A stretch of 64,000 nt of DNA from an uncultured Candidatus Binatia bacterium (lineage in GTDB: Bacteria > Desulfobacterota > Binatia > UBA9968 > JAJDTQ01): contig OZ251459.1 in assembly GCA_965242525.1 (NCBI GenBank), forward strand, positions 3,680,001 through 3,744,000, in the 5' to 3' direction. The notes under the pieces are model-generated. The model was not told where the DNA came from. It worked only from the letters and a program-made list of their open reading frames with translations, and ran no database searches. Shown here piece after piece: positions 1 to 9,158 of the stretch (position 1 is the stretch's first letter; each line of letters starts with the position of its first letter). The translations under genes and the position numbers were made by a program.

Positions 1-2
1 GC

Positions 3-107
3 CTGTCCGTGCGCTCCATCAGCGAGTTCCTGACCACGTCGATCCCGTCCTGTTGGCGCTTCTACGGCCTGATATTCCGAATCCTGAAGCAACAGATCGC
101 ACCGTGA
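3..107 (+). CDS. 3' end of a gene entering from the left edge (hypothetical, ...LSVRSISEFLTTSIPSCWRFYGLIFRILKQQIAP*)
   Basis: Open frame from position 3 to TGA at 105-107 with GC3-biased codons; too short to assign. Confidence 0.4.
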   Translation: MSVRSISEFLTTSIPSCWRFYGLIFRILKQQIAP

Positions 108-137
108 GCCCGGCGCGGTCCGGGATCCGCTGTCCCG

Positions 138-448
138 AACTCCGTTTGGCGTCGCGGACGCCCCACCGTGTCATTCCCGCAGACGCCCACCCCCGTCATT
201 CCCGCAGATGCCCATCCCCCGTCATTCCCGCGAAAGCGGGAATCCGTCCATTCTTATGAAAACTCCCCGTGTTTCCATCCTTCCGACCAAACATTAGGGC
301 GCCCTGCCTCACTGTGCACAGGTTGGTTGAAAGCGCGTCCTTCGACTTCGCTTCGCTACGCTCAGGACGAACGGGGTTCTTCGCTACGCTACGCTCAGGA
401 CGAACGGGGATAATTGTTCAGGGTTTCCGATGGTTGTCCAGAGGTTCC
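138..448. repeat. Composite intergenic repeat: three tandem GTCATTCCCGC starts ending in CGTCATTCCCGCGAAAGCGGGAATCC, then the REP-like core CGCGTCCTTCGACTTCGCTTCGCTACGCTCAGGACGAACGG (one full and one partial copy) and TIR-like ends
   Basis: 138-310 matches 42470-42587; the core at ~333-410 matches many other intergenic copies; TTGTCCAGAGGTTCC end at ~434-448. Confidence 0.85.
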
Positions 449-517
449 TTTTCTCGAACGAACGCCTTAAGATCACGGTTCGCATCACTGCGACGCGGAC
501 GCCACCGAGGAGGAAAC

Positions 518-1780
518 ATGAGCTTTGACCCCAAATCGCCGGAGTTCTGGGACGAGAAGGCCACGCGCAAGGAACTCGAACGGGTGTTCGACATCTGCTA
601 CGGCTGCACCTTGTGCCACACCCTGTGCCCTTCCTTCGTGAGCCTGTTCCGGATGATGGACGAGAGCTTCGGCGACGCCGGGTCGCTCCAGGACGAGCAG
701 ATGAAGCTCGTGGTGGACCAGTGCTACCAGTGCAAGCTCTGCGACCCCATCTGTCCGTACGTGCCGCCTCACGAGTGGGACATCGACTTCCCCAGGACCA
801 TGATGCGGGCCAGTCTCAACGCAGCCCGGAAGGACGGCGTCCCCTGGGCCGACCGGCTGATGGGGGACGCGGACCGGGTGGGGCGGTGGGCCGGTTGGGC
901 CGCTCCTCTGGTCAACCGGGCCAACCGGAACCCCTTCGTGCGCCGGCTGATGGAGAAGTACATGGGGATCCACCGGGACCGGCTGCTCCCCATCTGGCAC
1001 GGACGGACCTTCGCCAAGTGGCTGCGCCGGCGTCCCGCGGCCCCCAAGGGCAAGGGCGAGGAGAAGGCGGCGTTGTTCTACACCTGCACGGTCAACTACA
1101 ACGAGCCGGAGATCGGCAAGGCCGCGGTGGGCGTCCTGGAGAAGAACGGCATCGAGTGCGCCGTTCCCGACCAGCAGTGCTGCGGCCTGCCGTTCCTCGA
1201 TGTGGGGTTGCTGGACCGGGCGGTGAAGAAGGTCGAAGCCAACGTGGCTAGCCTGAGCCGGGCGGTTCGCCAGGGATACAAGGTGGTGGCGCCCAGCGCG
1301 AGCTGCAGCTACATGCTCAGGCAGGACTACCCGCGGCTGCTCCCCACCGACGATGCCAGGCTGGTGGCGGAGAACACCCTGGACCTGTCGGAGTACCTGG
1401 TCCAGGTCCACGGGCGCGGCCGGCTGGACCTGGACTTCACCGAGGCCATCGGAAAGATCCGCTACCACCAGCCATGCCACCTCAAGGCCCAGGACATCGG
1501 GTTCAAGGCCCAGGAGTTGATGCAGCTCATCCCCGATGCGGAGGTCTCCCGCATGCAGTGCTGCAGCGGTCACGACGGAAGCTGGAGCGTCAGGAAAGAG
1601 AACTTCGAGGCGTCGATGCAGGTGGGGAGGCCGCTGTTCAAGTTCCTGCGGCCCGACGACGCCTGTACGGTGACGGACTGCCCGCTGTCCGCGATCCAGG
1701 TACAGCAGGGCACCGGCAGAAAGCCGGTGCATCCCATCGTGGTCATGGCGCGGGCCTACGGTCTGGAAGTAGAGCCGTAA
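518..1780 (+). CDS. Fe-S oxidoreductase, GlpC/heterodisulfide-reductase-related (4Fe-4S dicluster + two CCG domains)
   Basis: CxxCxxCxxxCP twice (CYGCTLCHTLCP, CYQCKLCDPICP), QQCCG and QCCSG motifs; RBS GAGGAGG before ATG 518; the upstream ORF extension runs through repeat DNA. Confidence 0.85.
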   Translation: MSFDPKSPEFWDEKATRKELERVFDICYGCTLCHTLCPSFVSLFRMMDESFGDAGSLQDEQMKLVVDQCYQCKLCDPICPYVPPHEWDIDFPRTMMRASLNAARKDGVPWADRLMGDADRVGRWAGWAAPLVNRANRNPFVRRLMEKYMGIHRDRLLPIWHGRTFAKWLRRRPAAPKGKGEEKAALFYTCTVNYNEPEIGKAAVGVLEKNGIECAVPDQQCCGLPFLDVGLLDRAVKKVEANVASLSRAVRQGYKVVAPSASCSYMLRQDYPRLLPTDDARLVAENTLDLSEYLVQVHGRGRLDLDFTEAIGKIRYHQPCHLKAQDIGFKAQELMQLIPDAEVSRMQCCSGHDGSWSVRKENFEASMQVGRPLFKFLRPDDACTVTDCPLSAIQVQQGTGRKPVHPIVVMARAYGLEVEP

Positions 1781-1798
1781 GCCCGCGCCGCCTCCCGG

Positions 1799-2920
1799 CT
1801 ACCTCTGGACGGGGTCGAGGATCCAGCCCCCTTCCTTCTCCATGCCGATGACGAACTCGTCGTCGTCGTCCGAGGGAAGGACCTCCGCCAAGTGCTTCCG
1901 GTACTCGTCCTCGGAGAGCAACTCCCCGTCCACGCTGTAGGGCTGGCCCGCGTAGTTGCCGATGTAACGGCGGAACTTGTCGCTGGGGATGGCCAGCCTC
2001 GGCTGGTCGTCGGCCACGTTGTGGTTCAGGGCGTCCACCAGTGCGGCGACCTCCTTGAAGAAGGTCTCGCGCGACAGCTCGTTCAACCGCTCCATGTCCG
2101 CGGGCTTGTCGAACAGGTGCTCGTCGTAGCGCCCCTTCAGGCCCCACACGTAGGCCCAGTGGGCCGAGCTGGACTCGTCCTGGCCGAACAGGTCGAACGC
2201 GGTGGAGAGCCACTTGTTGAAGTACTTCTGGATGGTGGCCATGGGGATCTTGCCGGCCTTGACGATGCGCATCAGGCCGATGTTGCCCTGAGCCAGGTGG
2301 TAGGCCTCTTCCTTCAGCATGGGCAGGGTGCTGCGCCCGAGGGGGGCGAAGGCGCTGCGGCTCAGCATGTTCAGTTGGTACTTGCCGTCGCGGTCGATGA
2401 AGCTCGTGTAGGTGAAGAAATCCAGCCAGTTCCGCACCGGCTGGTTGAAGGAGTCCAGCAGGCGCGAGCCCTCGGACGCGCGCCGCTCCAGCAGCCGCTG
2501 GGACTGGCGCTTGCCCGAGTCGCCGAACTGGCTCACCAGCACGTAGGCCATCTGCCAGCCGTGCCGCATCTCTTCCCGGTTGATGCGGATCAGGTTCTTC
2601 AGGTCCACGTCGGTGGGCGCCCGCTCGATCAGGTTGGTCTGCTGCTCCACCGAGGCGAACTCCGTGTCTCCCTGGAACTCGATCAGGTGGGCCAGGGCGT
2701 CCTGGATGCGCTGGTCGGGGATGTCCGTCACCTTCTCCCACTTGGGCCGGCCGGCATACTCGCCGAACTCGATCTCGTTGCTCTCCACGTCGTCGAGCTT
2801 GGTCTCGAAGGTGTAATCGCCTCCGATGAGGTCCATGGGGTAGCCGATGTCGTCGTGCCACTGGTGAAACGCCTCCACCCAGTCGTCGAACGTGTCGATC
2901 CTCGATTTCTTTATCAACAT
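1799..2920 (-). CDS. BoxB/PaaA-family diiron ring-epoxidase subunit (benzoyl-CoA oxygenase component B-like)
   Basis: Diiron ligand motifs EFASVEQ, REEMRHGW, DRDGKYQL, EEAYH; AAGGAG RBS upstream of ATG 2920. Confidence 0.8.
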   Translation of the reverse strand: MLIKKSRIDTFDDWVEAFHQWHDDIGYPMDLIGGDYTFETKLDDVESNEIEFGEYAGRPKWEKVTDIPDQRIQDALAHLIEFQGDTEFASVEQQTNLIERAPTDVDLKNLIRINREEMRHGWQMAYVLVSQFGDSGKRQSQRLLERRASEGSRLLDSFNQPVRNWLDFFTYTSFIDRDGKYQLNMLSRSAFAPLGRSTLPMLKEEAYHLAQGNIGLMRIVKAGKIPMATIQKYFNKWLSTAFDLFGQDESSSAHWAYVWGLKGRYDEHLFDKPADMERLNELSRETFFKEVAALVDALNHNVADDQPRLAIPSDKFRRYIGNYAGQPYSVDGELLSEDEYRKHLAEVLPSDDDDEFVIGMEKEGGWILDPVQR

Positions 2921-3260
2921 GGCCTGCTCCTTCTTCGCGTGGTGAGGGCGCTCCGAGGGCCTGACCCGCCACCGCGTATCGGCCTCCCTGCGGCAAGACG
3001 GCAACCCCCCGGAGAATCCCGGGCGTGTCGCCTCCTTTTAATGCGTGAGGCGCCGTTTTACAAGGGCGGACCGCCTTGGGCGACGGAAAACCCGCGCGAA
3101 GGATCGAGGGGTCCGGGACATCCCGCCACCCCTTCGGTGCCCGGAAGATCCGGTCCCCCGGCATCGGAGGCTCCGGGGGCTTGACCCGCGGGATACGGTG
3201 CGCTATACCCCTAAAAGGGAGCTTTGTACTATAAGTTTTAATGGGATCGCTCGCAGCACC

Positions 3261-3554
3261 GTGCGGATCATCGCCAAGAGAACGCTCAGGGAGTTCTGGG
3301 AACGTCACCCTGATGCAGAAGGACCATTGCTTGCCTGGTACCGTGCGGTGGAAGGCGAGGCATGGGAAGCGCCGGTTGAGATCAAGACCCGGTTCCCAAG
3401 CGCCAGCATCGTTGAAGGAAACCGGGTGGTCTTCAACATCAAGGGAAACAGCTATCGGTTGGTCACGAGGGTCAACTATCCGAAACGCATCGTTTACATA
3501 AGGTTTGTCGGCACACACTCGGAATATGACCGTATAGACGTAAAGGAGGTGTAG
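3261..3554 (+). CDS. higB: HigB-family mRNA interferase toxin (RelE superfamily)
   Basis: MRIIAKRTLREFWERHPDAE...RVVFNIKGNSYRL...IRFVGTHSEYDRID matches the HigB pattern; GTG start; toxin-first order. Confidence 0.9.
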   Translation: MRIIAKRTLREFWERHPDAEGPLLAWYRAVEGEAWEAPVEIKTRFPSASIVEGNRVVFNIKGNSYRLVTRVNYPKRIVYIRFVGTHSEYDRIDVKEV

Positions 3555-3556
3555 CA

Positions 3557-4783
3557 ATGGCCGCCATCAACCCGATCCGTACCGAGGAAGACCTGGATCG
3601 TGCGCTGGCGCGGATCGACGAGATATTCGATGCCGAGGTGAACACCCCGGAGAGCGACGAACTCGACGTCCTCGTCGATCTCGTCGAGCACTACGAGTCC
3701 AAGCACTACCCCATTGGGTATCCGAGCCCCATAGACGCCATCAAGTTCAGGATGGACCAAGCCGGGTTGACTCAGCGGGACCTCATCCCGTTCATGGGGA
3801 GCCGCGCCAAGGTCTCGGAAGTTCTGTCCGGCAAGCGGGCCATCACCATGTCCATGGCCCGCGCGCTTCACGAACACCTCGGCATACCCGCGGAGGTCCT
3901 TCTCCAGAAACCGACAGGCTCCGTTGGCGCTTCGCTTGGAGACCTCGAGCCGCGGCGCTTCCCGTTGAAGGCCATGGCCCGACGAGGATGGGTTCCCGAC
4001 GTATCCGACCTGCGTGACCGCGCCGAGGAGTTGATCGCCGGGCTGATAGACCGGGCTGGTGGACCCCGCGTGGCAACCGCAACGGCGCTGTACCGCAAGA
4101 ACGACGCCCGCCGCGTCAATGCCAAGACCGATCCCTATGCGCTGATGGCCTGGTGCTGGCATGTGCTTGCGACCGCCAACGACAACCTTCTCGACGCAGG
4201 ATATGACACACGTGCAGTGACTCCCGAGTTTCTCAGGGAGGTTGCGCAGTTGAGCAAGTCGGAGCAGGGGCCACGGCTGGCGCAGGAGTGTTTGGCGGAG
4301 GAAGGGATCGCGATGGTGGTGGCGCCGCATCTTCCCAGGACGCACCTTGATGGCGCAGCCCTCCGGCTCGCCGACGGACGACCCGTGATCGGCCTTACCT
4401 TGCGCTACGACCGGATCGATAACTTCTGGTTCTGCCTGCTCCACGAACTCGCCCACGTAGGCCGCCACCTTGACGAGCACCATGCAAACTTCATCGACGA
4501 CTTGAGCCTGCGGAGCGACGACTCGAAGGAATCTGAAGCCGATGAGTCGGCAAAAGAGGCGTTGATACCCGAATCAGCCTGGAACGCGAGCGCAGTACGG
4601 CAAGCGCCGACAGCGATGAACGTCATCGACCTCGCCAACGAGGTAGGAGTCCACCCCGCCATCGTTGCGGGCAGAGTGCGGCATGAGCGAGGCAACTACC
4701 GCTTGCTCTCCCAGTTCGTCGGTAACCGACAGGTCCGGCGTCAGTTCGGGACCGGACGTGGCGCGGACGACCGGAGAATCTGA
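3557..4783 (+). CDS. higA: HigA-like Xre HTH antitoxin fused to an ImmA/IrrE (M78) metallopeptidase domain
   Basis: N-terminal PIRTEED...SPIDAIKFRMDQAGLTQRDL...VSEVLSGKR HigA pattern; C-terminal RYDRIDNFWFCLLHELAH (HExxH); AGGAGG RBS at the end of higB. Confidence 0.85.
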   Translation: MAAINPIRTEEDLDRALARIDEIFDAEVNTPESDELDVLVDLVEHYESKHYPIGYPSPIDAIKFRMDQAGLTQRDLIPFMGSRAKVSEVLSGKRAITMSMARALHEHLGIPAEVLLQKPTGSVGASLGDLEPRRFPLKAMARRGWVPDVSDLRDRAEELIAGLIDRAGGPRVATATALYRKNDARRVNAKTDPYALMAWCWHVLATANDNLLDAGYDTRAVTPEFLREVAQLSKSEQGPRLAQECLAEEGIAMVVAPHLPRTHLDGAALRLADGRPVIGLTLRYDRIDNFWFCLLHELAHVGRHLDEHHANFIDDLSLRSDDSKESEADESAKEALIPESAWNASAVRQAPTAMNVIDLANEVGVHPAIVAGRVRHERGNYRLLSQFVGNRQVRRQFGTGRGADDRRI

Positions 4784-4815
4784 CGCGAGATCGTTCGGTC
4801 CATGGCGGATTGCAA

Positions 4816-4855
4816 CAAGGTCCCCCTTGACAATCGCAGCCCGTTTCGCCAACCT
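4816..4855 (+). promoter_or_regulatory. Putative sigma70 promoter of the methyltransferase gene with an overlapping inverted repeat
   Basis: TTGACA 4827-4832, 17 bp spacer, weak -10 CAACCT 4850-4855; CAAGG-N4-CCTTG at 4816-4829. Confidence 0.4.
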
Positions 4856-4908
4856 TGCTTCTGCACGTGGGAGAGCGAGTTTGAGGGAAGATAAGGGAGG
4901 TTAAGGAA

Positions 4909-6453
4909 ATTTCTGAAATACTGACCCGTTCCGAGGCTGCGGCGTTCATTCGCGTGAGCGAGAAGACGCTGGGCGAGATGGCCCGAACCCGACGTATCCC
5001 GGCACAAAAGGTGGGCCGGGAGTGGCGTTTCCTGCGTAGTGCGCTCGAAACATGGCTGGTCGGGAAATCGGTCCGTGGAGATGACGGTCGGACGAACGCC
5101 GCGGCTTACTATCAGCCGAATGCCGCTGAGCCTGCGGAGCAGTACGAGCTGCCGATCTCGGGCTTTCGCGACACCGCTTTTTCCGAGAACCACGACCGCA
5201 CCCTGCATCGCTGGGTACCCTGGATCGCGGGCTTTTCCGGCTCCTTCGTTGCCGGGGTCCTCGAAAAAGTCGGACGGGAACGGCACAAGCTGCGGGTCCT
5301 GGACCCGTTTGCCGGCGTTGGCACCACGCTGATCGAAGCCCTCAAGCACCAGGATGACGCCATCGGGTTCGAGATCAATCCATACGCAGCACTGGCCTGC
5401 AAGGTAAAGACCCAGGCGGGTCATTATGACGCGGAAGCGCTTGCCGCGATGCTCGACCACTTCGAGGAATACGGCGAGGAAAGGCTGTCGCTGGACGCGG
5501 AGGCCATATCCCGTCCCCCCAAGGGCTTCTCGAGCAGGGTGCCGTTCTTCAGCCCGGAGGTAGAACGGCAGGTCCTGGTGTGCCAGGACTTCATCGAACA
5601 GGAAACGACGGATTGGGTCCGGGACCTGTTCCGGGTGGCGTTCGGGGCGGTCATGGTGAGCTTCTCCAACTATTCCTACGAGCCAAGCCTCGGCACCCGG
5701 GCCGGCGCAGGAAAGCCCAACGTGAACCACGCCGACGTGTTCAGCATCGTCAAGCGCAAGCTGCGGGAAATGCACGCGGACATCGCCACTTTCCAGCGCT
5801 GGATGAGCCGATACGAACGCACACCGCAGGCCACCGTACATCCCCTTTCGTATCTCGACCATGGACGACGAGTCAGACCGCACAGCATCGACGTGCTCAT
5901 CACTTCTCCGCCCTACCTCAACAACTACCATTACATCCGCAACACCCGGCCGCACCTGTTCTGGCTCGGGATGGTGCAGGCGTCGTCCGAGTTGAAATCC
6001 ATCGAGCACCAGAGTTTCGGCCAGTTCTGGCAGACCGTTCGGGCCGGGCCGGAGGTCTCGTTGCGGCCGCACCTGCCTCATCTGGCCGAACAACTCCGGG
6101 AACTCAGGATGCGCCACACCGAGAAGGGCGCCTACGGCGGCAGCGGGTGGGCAAACTACGCGGCCACCTACTTCAACGACTGCCAGCGCTTCTGTGCGCT
6201 CACGCGGACCCGCATGCGCCCGGGCGGGACGGTGGTCGTGGTCATCGGCAACAACATCCTGCAGGGCATGGAGTTCCGTACGGACAGGTTGTTCGCCGAG
6301 ATCGCAGAGCAGGAAGGTTTCGAGACCGTCGCCCTGCACGAAGTGCGCAAAAAACGCACGGGCGACAGCATCGTGAACTCGTCCGTGCGCGCCGGCACGG
6401 TGAAGCAGCGGACGCGCCTCTACGAGACGGCCGTCGAGCTTCGGGCGCCGTAA
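4909..6453 (+). CDS. Excisionase-type HTH (HTH_17) fused to an amino-DNA methyltransferase (probably N4-cytosine)
   Basis: EILTRSEAAAFIRVSEKTL...IPAQKVGREWRF HTH; DPFAGVGTT SAM motif followed by TSPPY catalytic motif; start placed at ATT 4909, 8 nt after GGAGG (the ORF track starts at GTG 4954). Confidence 0.8.
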   Translation: MSEILTRSEAAAFIRVSEKTLGEMARTRRIPAQKVGREWRFLRSALETWLVGKSVRGDDGRTNAAAYYQPNAAEPAEQYELPISGFRDTAFSENHDRTLHRWVPWIAGFSGSFVAGVLEKVGRERHKLRVLDPFAGVGTTLIEALKHQDDAIGFEINPYAALACKVKTQAGHYDAEALAAMLDHFEEYGEERLSLDAEAISRPPKGFSSRVPFFSPEVERQVLVCQDFIEQETTDWVRDLFRVAFGAVMVSFSNYSYEPSLGTRAGAGKPNVNHADVFSIVKRKLREMHADIATFQRWMSRYERTPQATVHPLSYLDHGRRVRPHSIDVLITSPPYLNNYHYIRNTRPHLFWLGMVQASSELKSIEHQSFGQFWQTVRAGPEVSLRPHLPHLAEQLRELRMRHTEKGAYGGSGWANYAATYFNDCQRFCALTRTRMRPGGTVVVVIGNNILQGMEFRTDRLFAEIAEQEGFETVALHEVRKKRTGDSIVNSSVRAGTVKQRTRLYETAVELRAP

Positions 6454-6573
6454 GTCAGGGCGCCGGCGGCGTGTCCGCTCTCCCGGTTCGTCGATAGCGG
6501 AAGGTCCGACGCCGTTCCGAGGCCGGACGCGGCGACAGCCCCACGGCGCCGCGGTCGAACCTGCGCCCGCGGC

Positions 6574-7824
6574 TTAGCCCACCACCGTGATCTCTTCGAT
6601 GGGGAACTGGGTGGTGACCTGGGGACCTTCCTCGGTCACCACCAGCATCTCCTCCAGCCGCACGCCCCATTGGAGCGGACGGCCGTGCTGCGTCTCCAGG
6701 GCGAAGCTCATGCCGGGCTCGATCTCCACCGGGTGGTCCAGGGAGTAGATGCGCGAGACCACCGGGGTGTCGTACTGGGCGAGGCCGAGGCCGTGCCCCC
6801 ACAGGTTGGCCGCGGCCTGGTCCTCTTCCTCGTAGCCCCAGGTGTCCCTGGCCGAGGGCCACACCTCGGCGATGTCCCTGGTGGTGGCGCCCGGGCGCAC
6901 CTTGTCGATGGCCTTGTAGAGCCACTCGTAGGCGATGTCGTAATAGCGCCGCTGCTCGTCGGTGGGCTTCTTGCCGACGCAGTAGGTGCGGTACATGCAG
7001 CTCTTGTAGCCGTTCCAGGTGACCGCGGCCATGTCGATGATCACCAGGTCGCCGGGCTGGATGATCCGGTCGGAGAAGTGCCGCCAGTTGGGCCAACTGT
7101 TGGGCCCGGACGACACGATGACGTCCTCCACGTCCTCGACCCCGGGAATGTTGTAGAGGAAGTTCATGGCGAACGACGTGATCTGGTGCTCCTGCATGCC
7201 TGCCCTGAGGAAGTGCGAGATGGCGGTGTGGCAGGCGTCGCAGATGGCCGCCACGATGCGCATGGCCTCCAGCTCGTCCTCGTTCTTGATGGCGCGGGCG
7301 GAGACCATGGGCGACATGCCGTCGGTCCACTGGATACCGTGGGCGTCGAACGAGCGGATCATGTTGAGGTCGATGAAGTCCACGCCCAGGGGCGCCTTGT
7401 CCACCCCGTACTTCTTCATCTCGTCCAGGATCGCGCGGGTGAACTTGGTCACCTGCTGCTCGGCCGCGCCGCCCACCGCTCCCTTGATCCACGAGTAGGC
7501 GTAGCGCACGTTGTCCCCGGGTATCCACGGACAATGGCGGTTGATCTGGGTGCCGATGTCCCCCTGCTCGAACAGCACGGGTTCGGCCCCTTCGCACAGC
7601 AGGGCGTAGCGCAGGCCCGGCTTGAGCCGGCACCAGCCGGGGGTCACGGTGCTGGTGACGTAGCGGACGTTCTCGTCGTACATCACGAGCATGGCCCCGA
7701 GCCCGGCCCGCTTCATGGCCTCCCGGGCGCGGTCGAGACGGTACTCGCGCAGACGGTTCCAGTTGATGCGCTGTTGCCAGTCCGTCCCCACCAGACCGAA
7801 GCTCGACGTCGAACGGGTGACCAT
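6574..7824 (-). CDS. M24 / Xaa-Pro peptidase (creatinase-like) family protein
   Basis: ARAIKNEDE, GHGLG, ALET, GVRLEE motifs; AAAGGAG RBS before ATG 7824. Confidence 0.85.
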   Translation of the reverse strand: MVTRSTSSFGLVGTDWQQRINWNRLREYRLDRAREAMKRAGLGAMLVMYDENVRYVTSTVTPGWCRLKPGLRYALLCEGAEPVLFEQGDIGTQINRHCPWIPGDNVRYAYSWIKGAVGGAAEQQVTKFTRAILDEMKKYGVDKAPLGVDFIDLNMIRSFDAHGIQWTDGMSPMVSARAIKNEDELEAMRIVAAICDACHTAISHFLRAGMQEHQITSFAMNFLYNIPGVEDVEDVIVSSGPNSWPNWRHFSDRIIQPGDLVIIDMAAVTWNGYKSCMYRTYCVGKKPTDEQRRYYDIAYEWLYKAIDKVRPGATTRDIAEVWPSARDTWGYEEEDQAAANLWGHGLGLAQYDTPVVSRIYSLDHPVEIEPGMSFALETQHGRPLQWGVRLEEMLVVTEEGPQVTTQFPIEEITVVG

Positions 7825-7846
7825 GGAAGACTCCTTTCGCCTGCGG

Positions 7847-8830
7847 TTACGGCCGCGGCGCCTGCAGCACTTCACGGTTGACGAGGGAATAGGGCAACTC
7901 TCCCTCGAGCACGCTGACCACCTGCCCCACGGCGCGCCGGCGCATCTCCGCCCTCGCCTCCTCGGAGTACCAGGCAGAATGAGGCGTCAGGACCACGTTG
8001 TCGAGGGTCGCGACGGGGTCGCCCGGCTCCGGCGGCTCCCGCTCCAGCACGTCCAGCCCGGCCCCGGCGATGTCCCCTTGCCGCAAGGCCCGGACCAGGT
8101 CCGCCTGGTTCACGATCCTGCCCCGGGCCACGTTGATGAGGAAGGCCGTGGGCTTCATCCGGGCGAACATCCCGGCGTCGATCATGCCCTCGGTCTCGGG
8201 CGTCAGCGGCGTGTGGACGGAGACGTAGTCCGACGTCCGGAGCAGCGTGTCCAGGTCCGTCAACTCGGCGCCAGCCTCCCGGGCCGCGGCTTCGTCCACA
8301 CGGGGGTCGCAAGCAACGACTCGAAGCCCGAAGCCCCGGGCCCGGGCGGCCACGGCCGCACCGATGCGGCCGATTCCCAGGAGCCCCAGCGTCCGGCCCC
8401 GGAGCCGCCGCAGCACCGGCATCTTCGCCAGGTCCCAGGTCCCGTCCCGGGCGATGCGGCCGGCCGGGAACAGGCCCCGGGCGCAAGCCAGGAGCATGGC
8501 CATCGCCTGGTCCGCCACCTCGTCGATGCAGTAGTCTGTGGTGTTGGCCACCATGATGCCGCGCCGGGTGGCTGCGTCCACCGCCACGTTGTCGTAACCG
8601 ATGCCGAACCGGACGATGACCCGGCAGCGCTCCAGGTTCTCCACGACCCTCGGGGTCATGCGCGCGTAGGTGTTGAGTATGGCGTCGGCCCGCCGGCACA
8701 ACTCGATGACGTCGTCCTCTTCCCTGCACTGGCCCACCACCAGTTCCGCGTCCATGCCGCGGAACATCCGGGCTTCGTCCTCCATGGACGGGAAGAGGTG
8801 GTCGGTGACGACGACGTTGTAGCGCGGCAT
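7847..8830 (-). CDS. D-isomer-specific 2-hydroxyacid dehydrogenase (CtBP-like)
   Basis: GIGYDNV, GIGRIG, INVARG, AGLDVLEREP, TPHSAWYS. Confidence 0.9.
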   Translation of the reverse strand: MPRYNVVVTDHLFPSMEDEARMFRGMDAELVVGQCREEDDVIELCRRADAILNTYARMTPRVVENLERCRVIVRFGIGYDNVAVDAATRRGIMVANTTDYCIDEVADQAMAMLLACARGLFPAGRIARDGTWDLAKMPVLRRLRGRTLGLLGIGRIGAAVAARARGFGLRVVACDPRVDEAAAREAGAELTDLDTLLRTSDYVSVHTPLTPETEGMIDAGMFARMKPTAFLINVARGRIVNQADLVRALRQGDIAGAGLDVLEREPPEPGDPVATLDNVVLTPHSAWYSEEARAEMRRRAVGQVVSVLEGELPYSLVNREVLQAPRP

Positions 8831-8895
8831 GGAGAGGGGTTTCCGCAACGGCCGGAGCAACTTACTACACGCACGCCGCGCGGTTCAACGTCGGG

Positions 8896-9157
8896 GCACC
8901 CCGGACAATCGGAACAACCATCCCTGCCCCATCCAGGGAACCTCGACAACTATCCCCGCTCCCATCGAAGAAACCTCGAACAGCCATCCCCAGCGTGTCG
9001 CCAAGGGTATGCTCGTTGTGCAAATCCCCACTCCCATCGAGGAAACCTCGAACAGCCATCCCCGTTCGTCCTGAGCGTAGCGAAGCGAAGTCGAAGGACG
9101 CGCAGCGAAGCCGAAGGACGCGCCCATGTCCCTCCATCCCGATCATCCGGGGTTTCC
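8896..9157. repeat. Degenerate repeat cluster: 39-bp direct repeat plus REP-like core
   Basis: TCCCCRCTCCCATCGARGAAACCTCGAACAGCCATCCCC at ~8953 and ~9025; core CCGTTCGTCCTGAGCGTAGCGAAGCGAAGTCGAAGGACGCG at ~9062. Confidence 0.8.
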
Positions 9158-9158
9158 G

